Assembly: GCF_030144855.1 (NCBI RefSeq)
Contig: NC_082712.1
Coordinates: 136,710,001-136,774,000, forward strand
DNA from: Hypanus sabinus
Taxonomy: Eukaryota
Length of the DNA: 64,000 bases
Reading direction: 5' to 3'
The notes beneath the pieces were generated by a model, which saw only the letters and a list, made by a program, of their open reading frames with translations, was not told the origin of the DNA and did not search any database. Made by a program: the position numbers and the translations under genes. Numbering within the stretch: position 1 is the stretch's first letter; each line of letters begins with the position of its first letter. Of the stretch, positions 49,560 to 62,595 are shown in pieces.

Positions 49560-50750
49560 GGAATCAAATAGGCAAGGCAAAGGAGGATTACATGGTCATA
49601 ATGTGTGCATACAAAGTCAGAAAAGAGAGGCAAAATAGTTGACATGGTTTGTGCATGGTAGATCATGTCTAAACAGTCTCACAGAAATCTTCGAGGCAGT
49701 TATCAAGAAATTTGATGAAGGAAGGTCAAAGGATGTTGTCAACACAGACTTTAGCAAGGCCTTTAACAGGGACCCACATGGGAAGTTGGTCAAGAAGGTT
49801 CTGGTAGTAGATGTTTGCCTCTCTGAATGGAAGCCTGTGCTTTATGGAGCACCACCGGATCTGTTGTTGTTTGATATCTATATTAATGTTTTGAATGATA
49901 ATATGGTAAACTGGTTCAGCAAACTTACAGGTAACACCAAAACTGGGATGTAGGGGACAGCAAGGAAGACTCTCAAGGTTATCAGTGAGATTTGGAACAG
50001 CTGGAAAAAATGGGCTGAAAAATGGAAAACTGATTTTAATGCAGACAAGAGTGAAGTGCTGCACACTGGGAGGGCAAACCAGATTTGGACTTACACAGTG
50101 AATGGTACAGCACTGAGGAATGCAGCAGAACAAAAGGGATTTGGAAATGGCCTTCATAAATAAGTGTATTGAGTACAAGAATAGGGATGTTATAATGAAG
50201 TTGTATAAGACATTAGTGAGGCCTAATTTGAAGTATTGTATGCAGTTCTGGTCACCTATCTACAGAAAAGATATCAAAAATATTGAAAGATTACAGAGAA
50301 AACTTACAAGGATTTTGCTAGAACATGAGGACCTGAATTATAGGGAAAGGGTAAATAGATTAGGACATCATTCCTTGAAGCACAGGAGAAAGAAGGGAGA
50401 ATTGGTAGAGGTATACAAAATTATGAAGGGCATAGATAGGCAGGCTTTTTAACCCCACTGACTGGATGAGACTGCAACTAGAGGTCATACATTAAAGGTG
50501 AAAGTTTAAATATGTACTAGGAACATGAGGAGGAACTTTGTCACACAGAAGGGTGGTGAGAGTACAGAATGAGCTGCCAGCAGTAGTGGATCCAGGATTG
50601 ATTTCATTATTTAAGATGTTTGGATTAAAACATGGATAGGAGGGTTATGGTCCAGGTACAGGTCAATGGGATTAGGCAGAATAATAGTTCATACTGACTA
50701 AATGGGCCAAAGGGCCTGTTTATGTGCTAAAGTGCTCTTTGACTCAAAGA
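49560..50750 (+). mobile_element. CR1-type LINE 3' part
   Basis: DFSKAFNRDPH, LVRPNLKYCMQFWSPIYRKD. Confidence 0.85.
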
Positions 50751-51129
50751 ACCTGCATGGATGTGATCAGAAAATGGGCTTACTTGTCATGGCTTACAAC
50801 GCCATGACAATGATTATTATACTTTCTACACAATATATAATTTTAACTTTTACTGAGCAAATGAGTGTGTGTGAAGATTCTTTCATCTGACTAGGCAAAC
50901 AACTTCCTTGTTGGTTCTCCTGTTCTTGGTTGTCACAGATCTCCATGTGAAGAGCCTCACAATGGATTAGACAAGCCAACGACAAGAAGTTTCTTCTAAA
51001 AACCCATGTAACGTGATGAACAAAAAAAAACATGCTTCTGAACTTTTTGCAAAATCCTTACTATCTTCAATGCCTGTTATATGCAATTTTTTAAATATTA
51101 TGAAAACAGTATTTCTGCAATTCACTCAC

Positions 51130-51438
51130 CTTTCAGGGGAAGTTGCGTGTGTTTTTTGAATTCATTTTTAGAATCGTCTTTACACAGAAAGACTAACTCT
51201 TTTCCAAAGTCTTCTGCGGTCACTACAAATGTAAGACAACTCTCTACCTTGTAAGTCTTCTGAGGGGTACATACAAAATCTGAATTAGTTACTCCTGTTT
51301 TCACAGGCTCAGATCCTTTGTACCACTCAAAAGTAAAATGTTTACTTGGAAGATCATACACCCAATAAGACACGGTTAACTGATGTCCATACGATGGAAC
51401 CTTTGGCTCAATGTTGAAGTCTGAAAATTTCGGTGAGC
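51130..51438 (-). CDS. B7-H6-like gene: post-TM Ig-like domain 5 (degenerate, first canonical Cys absent)
   Basis: cattgtag/gtgag, 309 nt, phase 1-1. GSPKFSDFNIEP...LTVSYWVYDLP...FEWY...QLPLK. Confidence 0.8.
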
Positions 51439-53800
51439 CTACAATGAAAAGAAATTAGATTTAATAGCTACAAAAGACTTGATATGGGCATAATATATTT
51501 CCAAGCTTTTACTTAAACAATTCTTTGACATTAGGTGTTGGTGACAATGGTAGCAGTTTTGTCTATTTCCACTCATCCTTGTAAAACTGAAGAAAAGTAT
51601 TAATGCTCTCTCACCATCTAGACTACAATTGTCTAAACCAAACCTAGCAACAATTAGTGTCTCTATTGGGAAGGCCAGCTATCAGACCACAAGGAAATCC
51701 TAGAATTCTGAGACATCCTGAAGCCTGATGTTAACATATATGATTGCTGGCTTCATCACTGGGCACACAACTGACTCAAATAGTGGAATAGTGATGAGGG
51801 GCAGGTAAGATCTAATTCATGTCACATGGTAATGACATACCCATGGAATCAATTGAAAGGAATCAACCAATGTGAAAAGGCAAAGATTCAATCGTTCCAT
51901 TTAGTATCAGCAAATGTATACAGTATACAACCTGAAATTCTTACTCTTCACAGACATCCACAAAACAGAAGAAAATGCCAAAGAATGAATGACAGAAGTG
52001 TTAGAACCACAAAGCCCCTCCCTTCCTAATAGCAGCAGCAAAGCATCAACCCTCCCCACTTGTTCCAGCAGGAAGCATCAGCCCCACCACCCACCATGCA
52101 AGCAACAGCAAGGCCCCAGAGCAACCATGATCTAGAATTTATCAAAAACTACCCAGCACTTTGACATGCCACAGGCTCTCTCTCTTCTCTCTCACCAACA
52201 AGGGAGGGAGAGGTATCATTCCTGCCACAGCAAGAGGGGAGACCAACAGTTCACTGTTTCAGTCCCATAGTGTCACTTATTCGAGCTCACCCAACTTAAG
52301 AACCAGCAGACTCTTCCCCCACTGCACCCCCATCAAAAGAGAAATAGAGAGAAAAACAGAATGAAAGGGACAGACAGGAGAAAGACAGGCAGAGTCAGAC
52401 ACAGGCACAGAGCAAGACAGGGAAAAACACAGACAGATAGATCACTCAAGTGCAGAAGCCTCCAAAAGCCCTGCTGTCTCTATGTTCTCATCCGTAAAAT
52501 AAAAATAGACTTTATTTTAGCGTAATTATTTGTTAGTATTTTAATGTGATTTTTTTTTAATGGCTTGCATTTCTAATTATATTCTATTTATAACTGTTCC
52601 CCATTTCAGACAAATTTGACATCATTCAAAATGTCATCAGCTGCCAAAATGGCCTGAGATGTCAAATACTCAAAATCTGCGACCCGTGTGCAAAATTAAA
52701 CCCACTGCCTTCTCGGGACAACAACTGGGTGCAGCCAAGTGGGTCCTACAGGTGGCAAATTTAATCAGCAAGGTCCATGCAAGTGAAAGAAATACATGTT
52801 CAAGTCACAGGACTTCAATATGGTCCCATGCCCCTGGTGTTATCATTTCTAAGCAGTGGAGGTTTAAGAGATGTAACTAAAGTATTACCGACACTTCATG
52901 TGCATTATTCACATGGGAAGCATCATTTGCAGGTGGCTAATGATGTGGACAATGGATATTTTGTATGGGTGCCGTGCCTGTAATATCCTGGCTAGTTAGC
53001 TCAACACTAATACATCCAGAGAACAATATTCAATTATACTCCAGACCTAGTCTTGTCGATGATGTAAACACCGTATAGAGTCAGATGTACAAATCACCAC
53101 TAGATATCCAGCTTCTGGTTTGCTCTGGTATGCTATTGCATGTACACACCCAGTTTGGTTGTTTCTGATCAGTAGTGACTCTAGGGTATGAATGGTGGGG
53201 CAGGTTGTCAATGGTCATTGAACATCAGAAGGAAGTAGTTAGGTCTTTTTCTTCATCGTCAGTGCTTATACGTATTCAATTTACTCAAAGAGAAAGCAGG
53301 AATATAGCATACACCTGTATTTCAACAACTAATTCGATTATAATCTTCACAAAAAAAAACTGAACCATCCCTTTTCAGAATGAAAGGAAAGTAAAGGAAG
53401 TACAAAATTGGATAATTAAAAGCGACCCTCCCAAGTTACAGAATTCACAAATTACTGCACAGAAATCCGAGATGTAGAATAAAATTTGCTCTCAGAATTT
53501 ATATGAACAAAATAAGTACTTTCTTTCAACTCAACCTTCTTGATGCATGTACAGATAGTGTGGCTATGCATCCTGGACGAACATGATACAAACTCTTCCC
53601 TAGGAGAAGGGACTCTCCTGTGCCATCCTCTTCCACCCCCAGCCCCTGTAGAATGGGGGTTGCACGTGTGACATTATAATACTTAAATAGTTCTCAATTA
53701 ACATTCTCAGAGCAGGTCTTGCTATAAACTCTGGCTGCTACTCTCAATGAAAATCTTCTTTCAGATACCATACTTCAATATACAGAAAATTTTAACTCAC

Positions 53801-54127
53801 CTTTAAGAAACAATTGAAAGCATTGTTTCTGAGGTTTTGCAGACAAATTTGAATGATAAGCTTCAACTCTGAATTCAGCTTGATGATCAGCAGAGCTTGA
53901 AGTCAATGTTAATTCGGTGATTTTGTTGTATAAACCATCTTCGTTTTTAAAATCTTTATTAATGATTCCATATTTTGTATTTCCATTTATTCTCACATTA
54001 TCCTTGAACCAATCAATTTGAATATCCTCTGGATAAAACTCCTTTATTTCACAGGCCAAGGTCAATTCCTCCCCAATTTCAGGGTTGACAGGATCACAGG
54101 TAATTTCATTTATTTTGGGTGAACGTA
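53801..54127 (-). CDS. B7-H6-like gene: post-TM Ig-like domain 4 (second canonical Cys absent)
   Basis: ctttatag/gtgag, 327 nt, phase 1-1. RSPKINEITCDPVNP...LACEIKEFYP...IDWF...NEDGLY...EFRVEAYH. Confidence 0.9.
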
Positions 54128-54944
54128 CTATAAAGAGAAATAAGAAAAGCTAAAATACAGTTTAAGTTTTGTTTGAGGTATATGCTCCACAAACATTTGG
54201 TAACATGTATTTTGAACAGAATTAGTGTTTATAAAATAACAGAATGCCATAACATGAACTATCAACATTAAGCCATCAATTTAAATGTTCACTCAGGTCT
54301 CCTGATATTCCAGAAATTGTCACTTAATATTAACTCCGCGAGAAATGAGAAGTAATTTCATTCCTTCTTGTTACATTTTAAGCAATGTAATCTTTCTAAT
54401 CAAAAGCCCCATGAGATGCATTTTACAGGTCTTTTGAAAAATAACAAGAATTAATCCAGAATGAATGGATGTATTGCAGTAGGGTAGTTATCAAGACTTT
54501 GGAACATCATCTAGCATTATACATCATCAACCAGCATTGTATCTTTAAGATTTTCAGAAATAGTTAATGCTCAGTCAGGCAATACATGCTGAATAACAAT
54601 ATTCGTGTTTTCAGAAATAAGATTTTTAATATTCCTTGTAATTTTATCATTATTCAGTCCACATTGAAATTGATCAGCAACATCATTCAATATTAAGCAC
54701 TGCTCTTCAATATAATCTAATTATTTAACAGCAAGATTATTTTTCCATGGCCAAAGGTTCCTACATTGCAAAAGGAACCCAAAATCAGAGGTATTCGAGA
54801 ATCTTCAAGAGTCTCTAAAGCATGTAAAAGACAAGTAAGTGTAAACAGAGTCCTGGCAAGCAGTCTAGCTACACAATTCCATCCGCTAATTACATTTACT
54901 TATTGTCCTACTGTGTTTAGAATACTATTATGTTCCCAAGTGAA

Positions 54945-55250
54945 AGAAATTCAAACGAGAGGACATGATTTGAGAGTTAGGGGGCAGAAGTTTAAGGGAA
55001 ACACGAGGGGGTATTTCTTTACTCAGAGAGTGATAGCTGTGTGGATTGAGCTTCCTGTAGAAGTAGTAGAGGCCAGTTCAGTTGTGTCATTTAAGGTAAA
55101 ATTGGATAGCTATATGGACAGGAAAGGAGTGGAGGGTTATGGGCTGAGTGCGGGTAGGTGGGACTAGGTGAGATTAAGAGTTCGGCACGGACTAGGAGGG
55201 CCGAGATGGCCTGTTTCCGTGCTGTGATTGTTATATGGTTATATGGTTAT
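54945..55250 (+). mobile_element. Short, young-looking CR1 3' end with (ggttatat)n tail
   Basis: TRGHDLRVRG...FFTQRVI open frame and tandem tail. Confidence 0.8.
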
Positions 55251-55396
55251 AAATGGAGCATCTATTTTGCTGACTAGATTCATTGTGGACTGAAAACTGT
55301 GAATGCAATGTATAGAACTAAAACATAGATAACTTATAACAAAAAGCTCTATATTGTTTAAATATAGTTAAGTTGATGACAAGAAAATAAACATAC

Positions 55397-55708
55397 CTAA
55401 ACTTTCAGGAATATATTCCACAAACTTTGGAAATAAAAGGCTCTTGTGATTAACCTGACACTGGTATTTACTCTCTATGTCCAATAGCGTTGGAGTTACT
55501 GTGCAAGTAGTGGTTAATTCATACAATTTGTTGTCAGGATTCTCAATAATTTCAAATGTCTCAAAGTCCATTATCACCTTCTTATCTTTGAACCACTGGA
55601 CAGTAATTTCTTTAGGATAAAATGAATGCACTTTGCAAGAAAGAGTCAACTCTTTGTCTATTCTAGGGTTCACTGGGTCACACAGGATGGGATTAAGTGA
55701 AGGAAATG
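55397..55708 (-). CDS. B7-H6-like gene: post-TM Ig-like domain 3
   Basis: ttttgcag/gtatg, 312 nt, phase 1-1. AFPSLNPILCDPVNP...LSCKVHSFYP...VQWF...YQCQVNHKSL. Confidence 0.9.
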
Positions 55709-56902
55709 CTGCAAAATAGAAATAATTAAAGTTTTTCTAAGTTCATATGTATATTTCATATTCATGATAAACATACTCAAAATTCAAAACATTTTAACTA
55801 AAAAGCACAATGTGCCAGTTATGTCTTTTGTTTTTCAAAATTGTATCAGAGAATCTATAACATCCACTTGAAGTCTGAGATCAGTAATCTGCTTAACAGC
55901 ACAGTCAAAATATGACACTTTCAATTGTATTCATAATGTATTTGAATGGTACATGTCAATCAGATAGGATATCCTAAACTTTAAAAAAAATGTGATAGTG
56001 TTCAAAAGTGCTAATTAACATATCCTATACATAGTTCAACCAATAATTAACAAATCTGAATCTGCTTGTAGTGAGGGGCATTAAATTATATCAGAATAAA
56101 TAATGAAATAAAACACAAAGAAGGAAGAAATAAACATCCTTGGCATTGCTCCTGCATTTTCTACCTTACAATAATTTGTAATGTAGAAAATGCAGGGTCA
56201 ATTTTGCACATTAATATCTAAGGAAATGCAACTGAAAGTAGAGCATACTTAATAATAAAACTAGTTCACTGGAAGGAAGTTAAAGCAGAAAATTCCTGAA
56301 ATCAAAACCTTCACCTGTTCTATAAGCTTGCTCTTAAGACAGATGTTGGTTAACAGAACTACCTCACAAACTGCTGTATATTCACTACCAGTATCAAGTA
56401 TTCTTATTTTAGATATAGAATACACTAGATGTAGAATACAAAACTAAGGATCTTCCTTATCACAAATCTATAATACGTGAAATGTGCTTGTGATTTGTTT
56501 ATAAAGGCTGGATCAGTGGAATTTGAATCACATGGTGTAATAAAACACACATAATCATGGAAGATTCAGTTAGATTGACATCACAACTTAGCACTTTATT
56601 ATTTCACCATTTGTCTCTTTTAAATACATTCTAAAGGATTAAATTAATGTTCTCCCTTTTAAAAACATACTAAGAATCCCATACAAAGAAAGCTGGATTC
56701 ACAGCAACACAATTTTACACAGATGCCACAGAGATACAAGTAATAAATGATTAAATTTGACATTATTAGTCAGTAAAAAATACCTCAGTGAACTGTCACT
56801 TACTGTCTCTGGCTGAAATATCTTATTGTAATGTTAACAAAGGATAGATGACTATGCATTTTAACAAAAAATGTACTATCAAGAACTTAGAATCTGAGTT
56901 AC

Positions 56903-57265
56903 CTTTTACATCCAGCTTAATCCGCTTTTCTGCTGGATGTTTCAAACTCAAGTGATTCACTTCACAGAAAAGCTCATCACCATCATCTTCTTGTACTGTT
57001 GCTTTAAAGGTCAACATACTGTAGATACTGTAAATGTGGCCTGGAAAACTAAACTCTTTCAAATCATGAGAATACCGGCCAATAGAGGAAGTTAGTTCGT
57101 CTCCAGTGTTGCAGAGCATCAAGCGTGACTTCTCCCCTTTTCTGTTTCTATACCATGTGATTGTTAAATGATTGGGCTTGAAAAAATTTATCGGACATGT
57201 CAGCATCACTAAACTGTTATGCTGCACAACAGAAGGAATAATTATGTTGGACAATTTAGGAGCAA
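56903..57265 (-). CDS. B7-H6-like gene: post-TM Ig-like domain 2
   Basis: ctctttag/gtaac, 363 nt, phase 1-1. APKLSNIIIP...LTCPINFFKP...ITWY...LFCEVNHLSL. Confidence 0.88.
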
Positions 57266-57484
57266 CTAAAGAGAAAAAGAAAATAAAGTTAGTTTAACTT
57301 GTATATAATCCCTTTCAGAAAATGTTATTATATATTCATATGATATTAATACAATGAAAAGTCATTTACAATACAGAAATTAAACTGCACATATACTTCA
57401 GCCTTGAAATACTTCAACTTTCTTTGCAACTGGTCTAGTCCCCATCTGATCTTCCCATTCTAATTTATTCTGTATCTTATAAGT

Positions 57485-57756
57485 GCAAGATGCTGAAAAT
57501 CCAGAGAAACACACATAGAACACTGGAGGAACTCAGCTGGACAGGTAGCATCTATGGAGAGGAATAAAGAGTTGACGTTTTGGACCAAGATCCTTCATCA
57601 GGACTGGAAAGAAAGCGGAAGAAAGACAGAATCAGAACCTTCTCCCCCCTTCCTTTACAGTCCTGATGAAGAGTCCCAGTGTGAAATATTGACTGTTTAT
57701 TCCTCATCATAGATGCTGCCTGACCTGCTGAGTTCCTCTGACATTCTGTATGTGTC
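57485..57756. mobile_element. Hairpin element of the same family with purine/pyrimidine spacer
   Basis: Family arms on both sides, diverged. Confidence 0.7.
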
Positions 57757-58226
57757 ATGCAGTATCTCTAAGTTCTCTTTCACATGCCGCGATTTTCAGA
57801 CTCAATGGTGTAGCTCTGCATTTCAGGGCAAATCAGCAAAATGATCATCTCATCATGGACAATGAAGCAAAAGATTGGTCGTTCAGCCCACAAACCAGTC
57901 CCGATGTCCAACTAATCCATGAAGTTCACTTTATCTTAGTTTGCAATAATTTACCTTGGTTCAACAACCTGTTCCCAATTTTGTAACTAACTAAATTTCA
58001 AAAGTTTTCCTTTGGCTGTAAAATGCTATGAGGTTTCCTAACACTCAGAAAATACAGAAATACTAACAAAGTTCTTTAAATTTTAGTTTAACTCTTCAAA
58101 CTGATCTAGTCCTGACAGCAATTTTTGGAGTGCAAGTGCCCTATGGATTTCAATAGAGGTACTATTTCAGTCCCTATCTAAGGCATTGCTATAATACTTC
58201 CATTATCCTTCTGAGCCTATAGTCCT

Positions 58227-58406
58227 AGACACAAGAAATACTGCAGATGCTAGAAATCTAGAGCAACACACACAATGTGCTGGTGGAGTCAGCAGCCCAG
58301 ACAGCATTTATGGCTGCGAATAAACAGTCAACATCTCAGCCTGAAACATTAACTGTTTATTCCCATCCATAGACGCAGCCTGACCTGTTGTGCTCCTCCA
58401 GCACAT
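58227..58406. mobile_element. Hairpin element of the same family
   Basis: Family termini; TSD tgag(c/a)ctatagtcct (58212-58226 / 58407-58421, one mismatch). Confidence 0.75.
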
Positions 58407-58906
58407 TGAGACTATAGTCCTGTTTCCCGATCCATTTTCGTATATTGTTCATTTCAAAAAGTGGAGTAAATTTATTTCCTTAATTATATTTCTTGGTGGC
58501 ACATATTTATCTGTAACAATGTAAGAAAGCCTTTAAAGAAATTATTTTACTATATTGGATGTACACAAAACTAATCAATCTGCTATACATAAGATCTATT
58601 CTCACATAACTTAATCATACACCATAGCAAATTTCAGCAGCAAAAAATATCATTTTTCAAAACTCTTTTAAAGTCAGAGTATGCAATTAAAAATGAATAA
58701 CCATGAACTCCAAAAGAAAAGTAAAGAACATCAACACAATAAATTGGAAAATCCAAGATTGTAAATTCCGAGCTCTGCAATCATGTACTTATTAATTTGA
58801 ATCATAAATGGGGATGCAGATCTAACATTTGAACAAATTAAATATGGCATGCCCACTTGGCCTCCCAACACAGCAATGACTTTATATTGATTCATAAAAT
58901 ACTTAC

Positions 58907-59320
58907 TTCCATCAACACATAAGCAGATCCATTTTTCCTGTGTTCCAGCCGGATGCCACACTCTACAAAAGACTTGTACTTTGTTATCCTTTATTACATC
59001 AGGATTAACTTCAACAGTGCTAGAAAGGCTGTATGTTCCATCATTATTGTCCTTGAAACTTGGTGTGTGGAGTTTCCAATTATCCGGTGTTTTATTCCCT
59101 CTCTCTGTTAATTCTCTCCTGATTATTGGCCTAAAACTTTCTATTATCTGGTAACTTTTGAATTCGCCAATTAACTCCTCTCCAGCGTCACCTGGTCTCT
59201 TCAAATACCATCCAACATGGATCACATTCGGTCGGAATCCAGACACATGGCAAGTGATCTCTGTAAGTTCTCGGTGTATAATTTGAGCTGGCAACTGAAT
59301 ATCTGATAACTTGGGTAGAA
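58907..59320 (-). CDS. B7-H6-like gene: post-TM Ig-like domain 1 (C1-like, with long insertion)
   Basis: tttctcag/gtaagt, 414 nt, phase 1-1. VLPKLSDIQLPAQ...EITCHVSGFRP...GWY...NNDGTYSLSS...VFCRVWH. Confidence 0.88.
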
Positions 59321-59499
59321 CTGAGAAAGAAAGAAAAAGAAATATAAACTTGGATTACTCAAAATTATCTTTGACTACTCTTAAAAATTATTATCAGTTA
59401 GGATGAACAAGCCTTAGTGAAGACTCAAGTTTATTTGTCAAATACTATTATTTGATTTCAATCATATTTCTTGTTTGCCATCCAGAAGTCAATATTATA

Positions 59500-60650
59500 T
59501 GAGGTTGTTAAACAAGATAAGAGCCCATGATATTACAGAAAAGATGCCAGCATGGATAGAATTTTGACTGGTTGGCAGGAGGCAAAGAATAGGAATATAG
59601 GAATAGGAGCCTTTCCTGGTTGGCTGTCAGTGGGAGACTAGTGGTGTTCCACAGGGGTCAATACTGGGACCGCTGGACCGCTTCTTTTCATGTTATATGT
59701 CAATGATCTGGATGATAGGATTGATGGCTTAGTAACCAGGTTTGTGAACAATATGAAGGTACATTGAGGGGTAGTGTTAAGAAATCAGGGAGTCTACAGA
59801 AAGACTTAGATTAGGAGAATGGGCAAAGAAGTGGCAGATAGAACACAGTGTCGAGAAGTCTATTTTGGTAGAAGGATAAAGGCATAGACTATTTTCTAAA
59901 TGGCGAGCAATTTCAGAAATCAAAGATATAAAGGACTTGGGAGTCCTCAAGCAGGGCTCCTTAAAGGTTAACTTGCAAGTTGCGTCAACAGTAAGGAAGG
60001 CAAAGGCAATGTTAACATTCATTTTGAGAGGACTAGAGTATAAAAAGGAGGATGTAATGCTGAGCCTTTAAATGGCAATGGTCAGAGTGCATTTCGAGTG
60101 TTGTGAGAAATTTTGGGCCCCTTATCTAAAGGAGGAGTTACTGACATTAGAGAGGGTCCAGAGGAGGTTTATAAGAATGATCCCTGGAATGAAAAGGCTA
60201 ACATGTGAGGAGCAGTTGCTGGCTCTGGGTCTGTACTCACTTAGTTTAGAAGAATGAGGGAGAGCTCATTAAAACCTACTGAATATAGAAAAGCCTAGAT
60301 AGAGTGCACATGGAGAGGATGCTTCCTGTAGTGGGGGAGTCGAAGACCAGAGAACACAGCCTCAGAATACAAGGAATCTCCTTAGAACAGAGATGAGAAA
60401 GAATTTCTTTAGCCAGAGGGTGGTGAATCTGTGGAATTCTTTGCCAGTGATGGCCATGAAGGCCAAGTTATTGGCTATATTTAAAATAAAAATTATAGGT
60501 TCTTAACTAGTAAGGGCATCAAAAGTCACGAGGAGAAGGCAGGGGAAGGGGTTGAGAAAGATAATAAATCAACCATGATGGAATGGTGAAGCAGACTCAA
60601 TGGGATGAATGTCTTAATTCTGTACCTCTGTCTAACGGTCTTAGTTAAAT
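59500..60650 (+). mobile_element. CR1-type LINE 3' part
   Basis: FWAPYLKEELLTLERVQRRFIRMIPG. Confidence 0.85.
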
Positions 60651-62229
60651 TAGATCAATGGTAGGTGAACTGCAGCCTTATTATGATTCATTCTACGAGG
60701 ATGAACTTAAAGACAATGCTTAATGATCACAAGCTACTGTTACATTCCCATGACACCAAATACATAAATGACAATTCCTAAGGTGGCATCAGTATTTCTG
60801 ACAGATAATGAGCAAATCAAGGCTATGTAAAAGGAACATAAATGTATAAGCTTAGTGCAAATTTAAATTACGTAGAAAAACAAATATCCTGTAAAAGTGG
60901 GACCAAATGTAGGACAATAGGGCTGTTCTATAGGGCTCATCAGTCTTGGACAGCAGCCCGCTAGAAGAAGGAAAGCTCTGAGTTTAAACCTCCGGTGCCT
61001 TGTGGTCATACCCACCCACGGGAAAGGCTTCGGGAGTAAACCCCGAGGAAGAACCCCCAGGGTCTCTAAGGCAGTTTGATGTTGTTTACAACTTCACTCT
61101 GGCAACCACTGCGACGACACTGGTGCCAAGCTGTATCAACATTTGCCCTTCCCTTGAACTACATCAGTGATGCGGAGAGGGAGAACCCACTGCATGGGCA
61201 ACAGCCAGTTCTTCAAATCTTCCCACCCAGGATTGTGCCCTGGAGAGAACACAGTCCAGCAGAGGCAAAAACCCGTGATCCCCTGGGATCGATGGCTGCC
61301 TACCAGCATTGTTCAAAGTTCTGCTGCCAGTTCCAATGTGTGGAAAAAGCATAAAATGTGCCACACAGAAGTGAGGTAACAAACCACAAAATATTAGGAG
61401 TCCAAAATATGTCTGTTGTTTTAAAATATACATGAGAAATAAAAAAATAACACATCTACTGTACATTCACAGTCTGCAGTACAGTTTAGAGACAGCACAT
61501 TGCACCAGTCTGTCCAAAGGTTTTTTTTGAAGGTCTACTTTGTCCAGTTTACATTGGAAACACTTTGAAACACACTGGTGGCTTTCCCAACCGGTCAAAA
61601 CGACTGCTCAAAGATCTAAAGAAACTAAGGCTTCCTTGTGTTACCAGCAAAATATAAATTCAGGCACGAAATAGTAAATATAAAAATAATAAATCAACAT
61701 CATTTTCCTCAATGCAGCAGTTAACAAATTAATTTAACAAATAGCAATTTCCTCAATTAACAATTTGATCCTTAGAATTTCCTTCCGATGTAAGTGTTGT
61801 TCAATTCACTTAAGTTCCAAAAGAACTAAGCGGTGGTTATTGGTAACCCTGCTGAATCAGTGATATAAAACAATTGTCCAACAATAAAATGCAAAAGTAA
61901 CAGTGACATTTTGCAGCTTTATAAAGCAAACTATTAGCATTCAAGAAAAGATTCTACACAAGAAGCGCATGAAAATTATTCAAACTATGAAATAAACTTA
62001 CAGTAACATTTCACAATTAATTTCAGTTCAAAGATTAAACATTCGTATTTAGTAATATCAAATGAAATAAATGAAAATCTCAAAACTGTAGCAAGTTTTG
62101 TGCAGCACTGGTTAACCAGAAAATTATAAAATCTAGCATAAAAGCATTAAGTTTTTATTGTGTCCCATCCCAATAATTTTAAGTTTCCTTTGAGTCAGTA
62201 ACGACAAATTACTGGTACACAGACATTAC

Positions 62230-62346
62230 CTTTGTACATGTACCGCATGTACAGAAAAATTCCTGTGCCTATTAGTAATACAGAGATAATAAGACTTGCA
62301 ATGACGCTTCCAACTATTGATTTTTCGGATATTCGAATTTCTGCTT
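62230..62346 (-). CDS. B7-H6-like gene: transmembrane exon (not in the ORF track)
   Basis: tttttaacag acceptor, gtaatg donor, 117 nt, phase 1-1. EAEIRISEK-SIVGSVIASLIISVLLIGTGIFLYM-RYMYK: about 25 hydrophobic residues followed by basic residues. A second in-frame AG lies 6 nt downstream. Confidence 0.88.
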
Positions 62347-62419
62347 CTGTTAAAAAGAAGTGCAAAAGAATTTACAAGATGGTCACTTCAAAGTCTTTTC
62401 CGAGTAGCTGTAATCTTTT

Positions 62420-62595
62420 AAACACAAAGTACACTGCAGATGCTGTGGTCAAATCAAGATGTACAAAAAGTGCTGGATGAACTCAGCAGGTCAGGCAGCA
62501 TCCATTGAAAGGAGCAGCCAAAGGAACAGTTGGCTGCTCCTTTCAACAGATGCTGCCCGACCTGCTGAGTTCATCTAGCTTTTTTGTACGTCTTG
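62420..62595. mobile_element. 176-bp hairpin element of the same family
   Basis: ~67-bp near-perfect arms (62454-62521 / 62530-62595); exact 14-bp TSD agctgtaatctttt (62406-62419 / 62596-62609). Confidence 0.85.

Noticed and set aside
50794-51033. Extra exon of the Ig gene
   Set aside because: No Ig motifs and no convincing acceptor/donor pair in phase.
62232-62480. 82-aa plus-strand ORF
   Set aside because: It is the antisense shadow of the TM exon plus repeat sequence.
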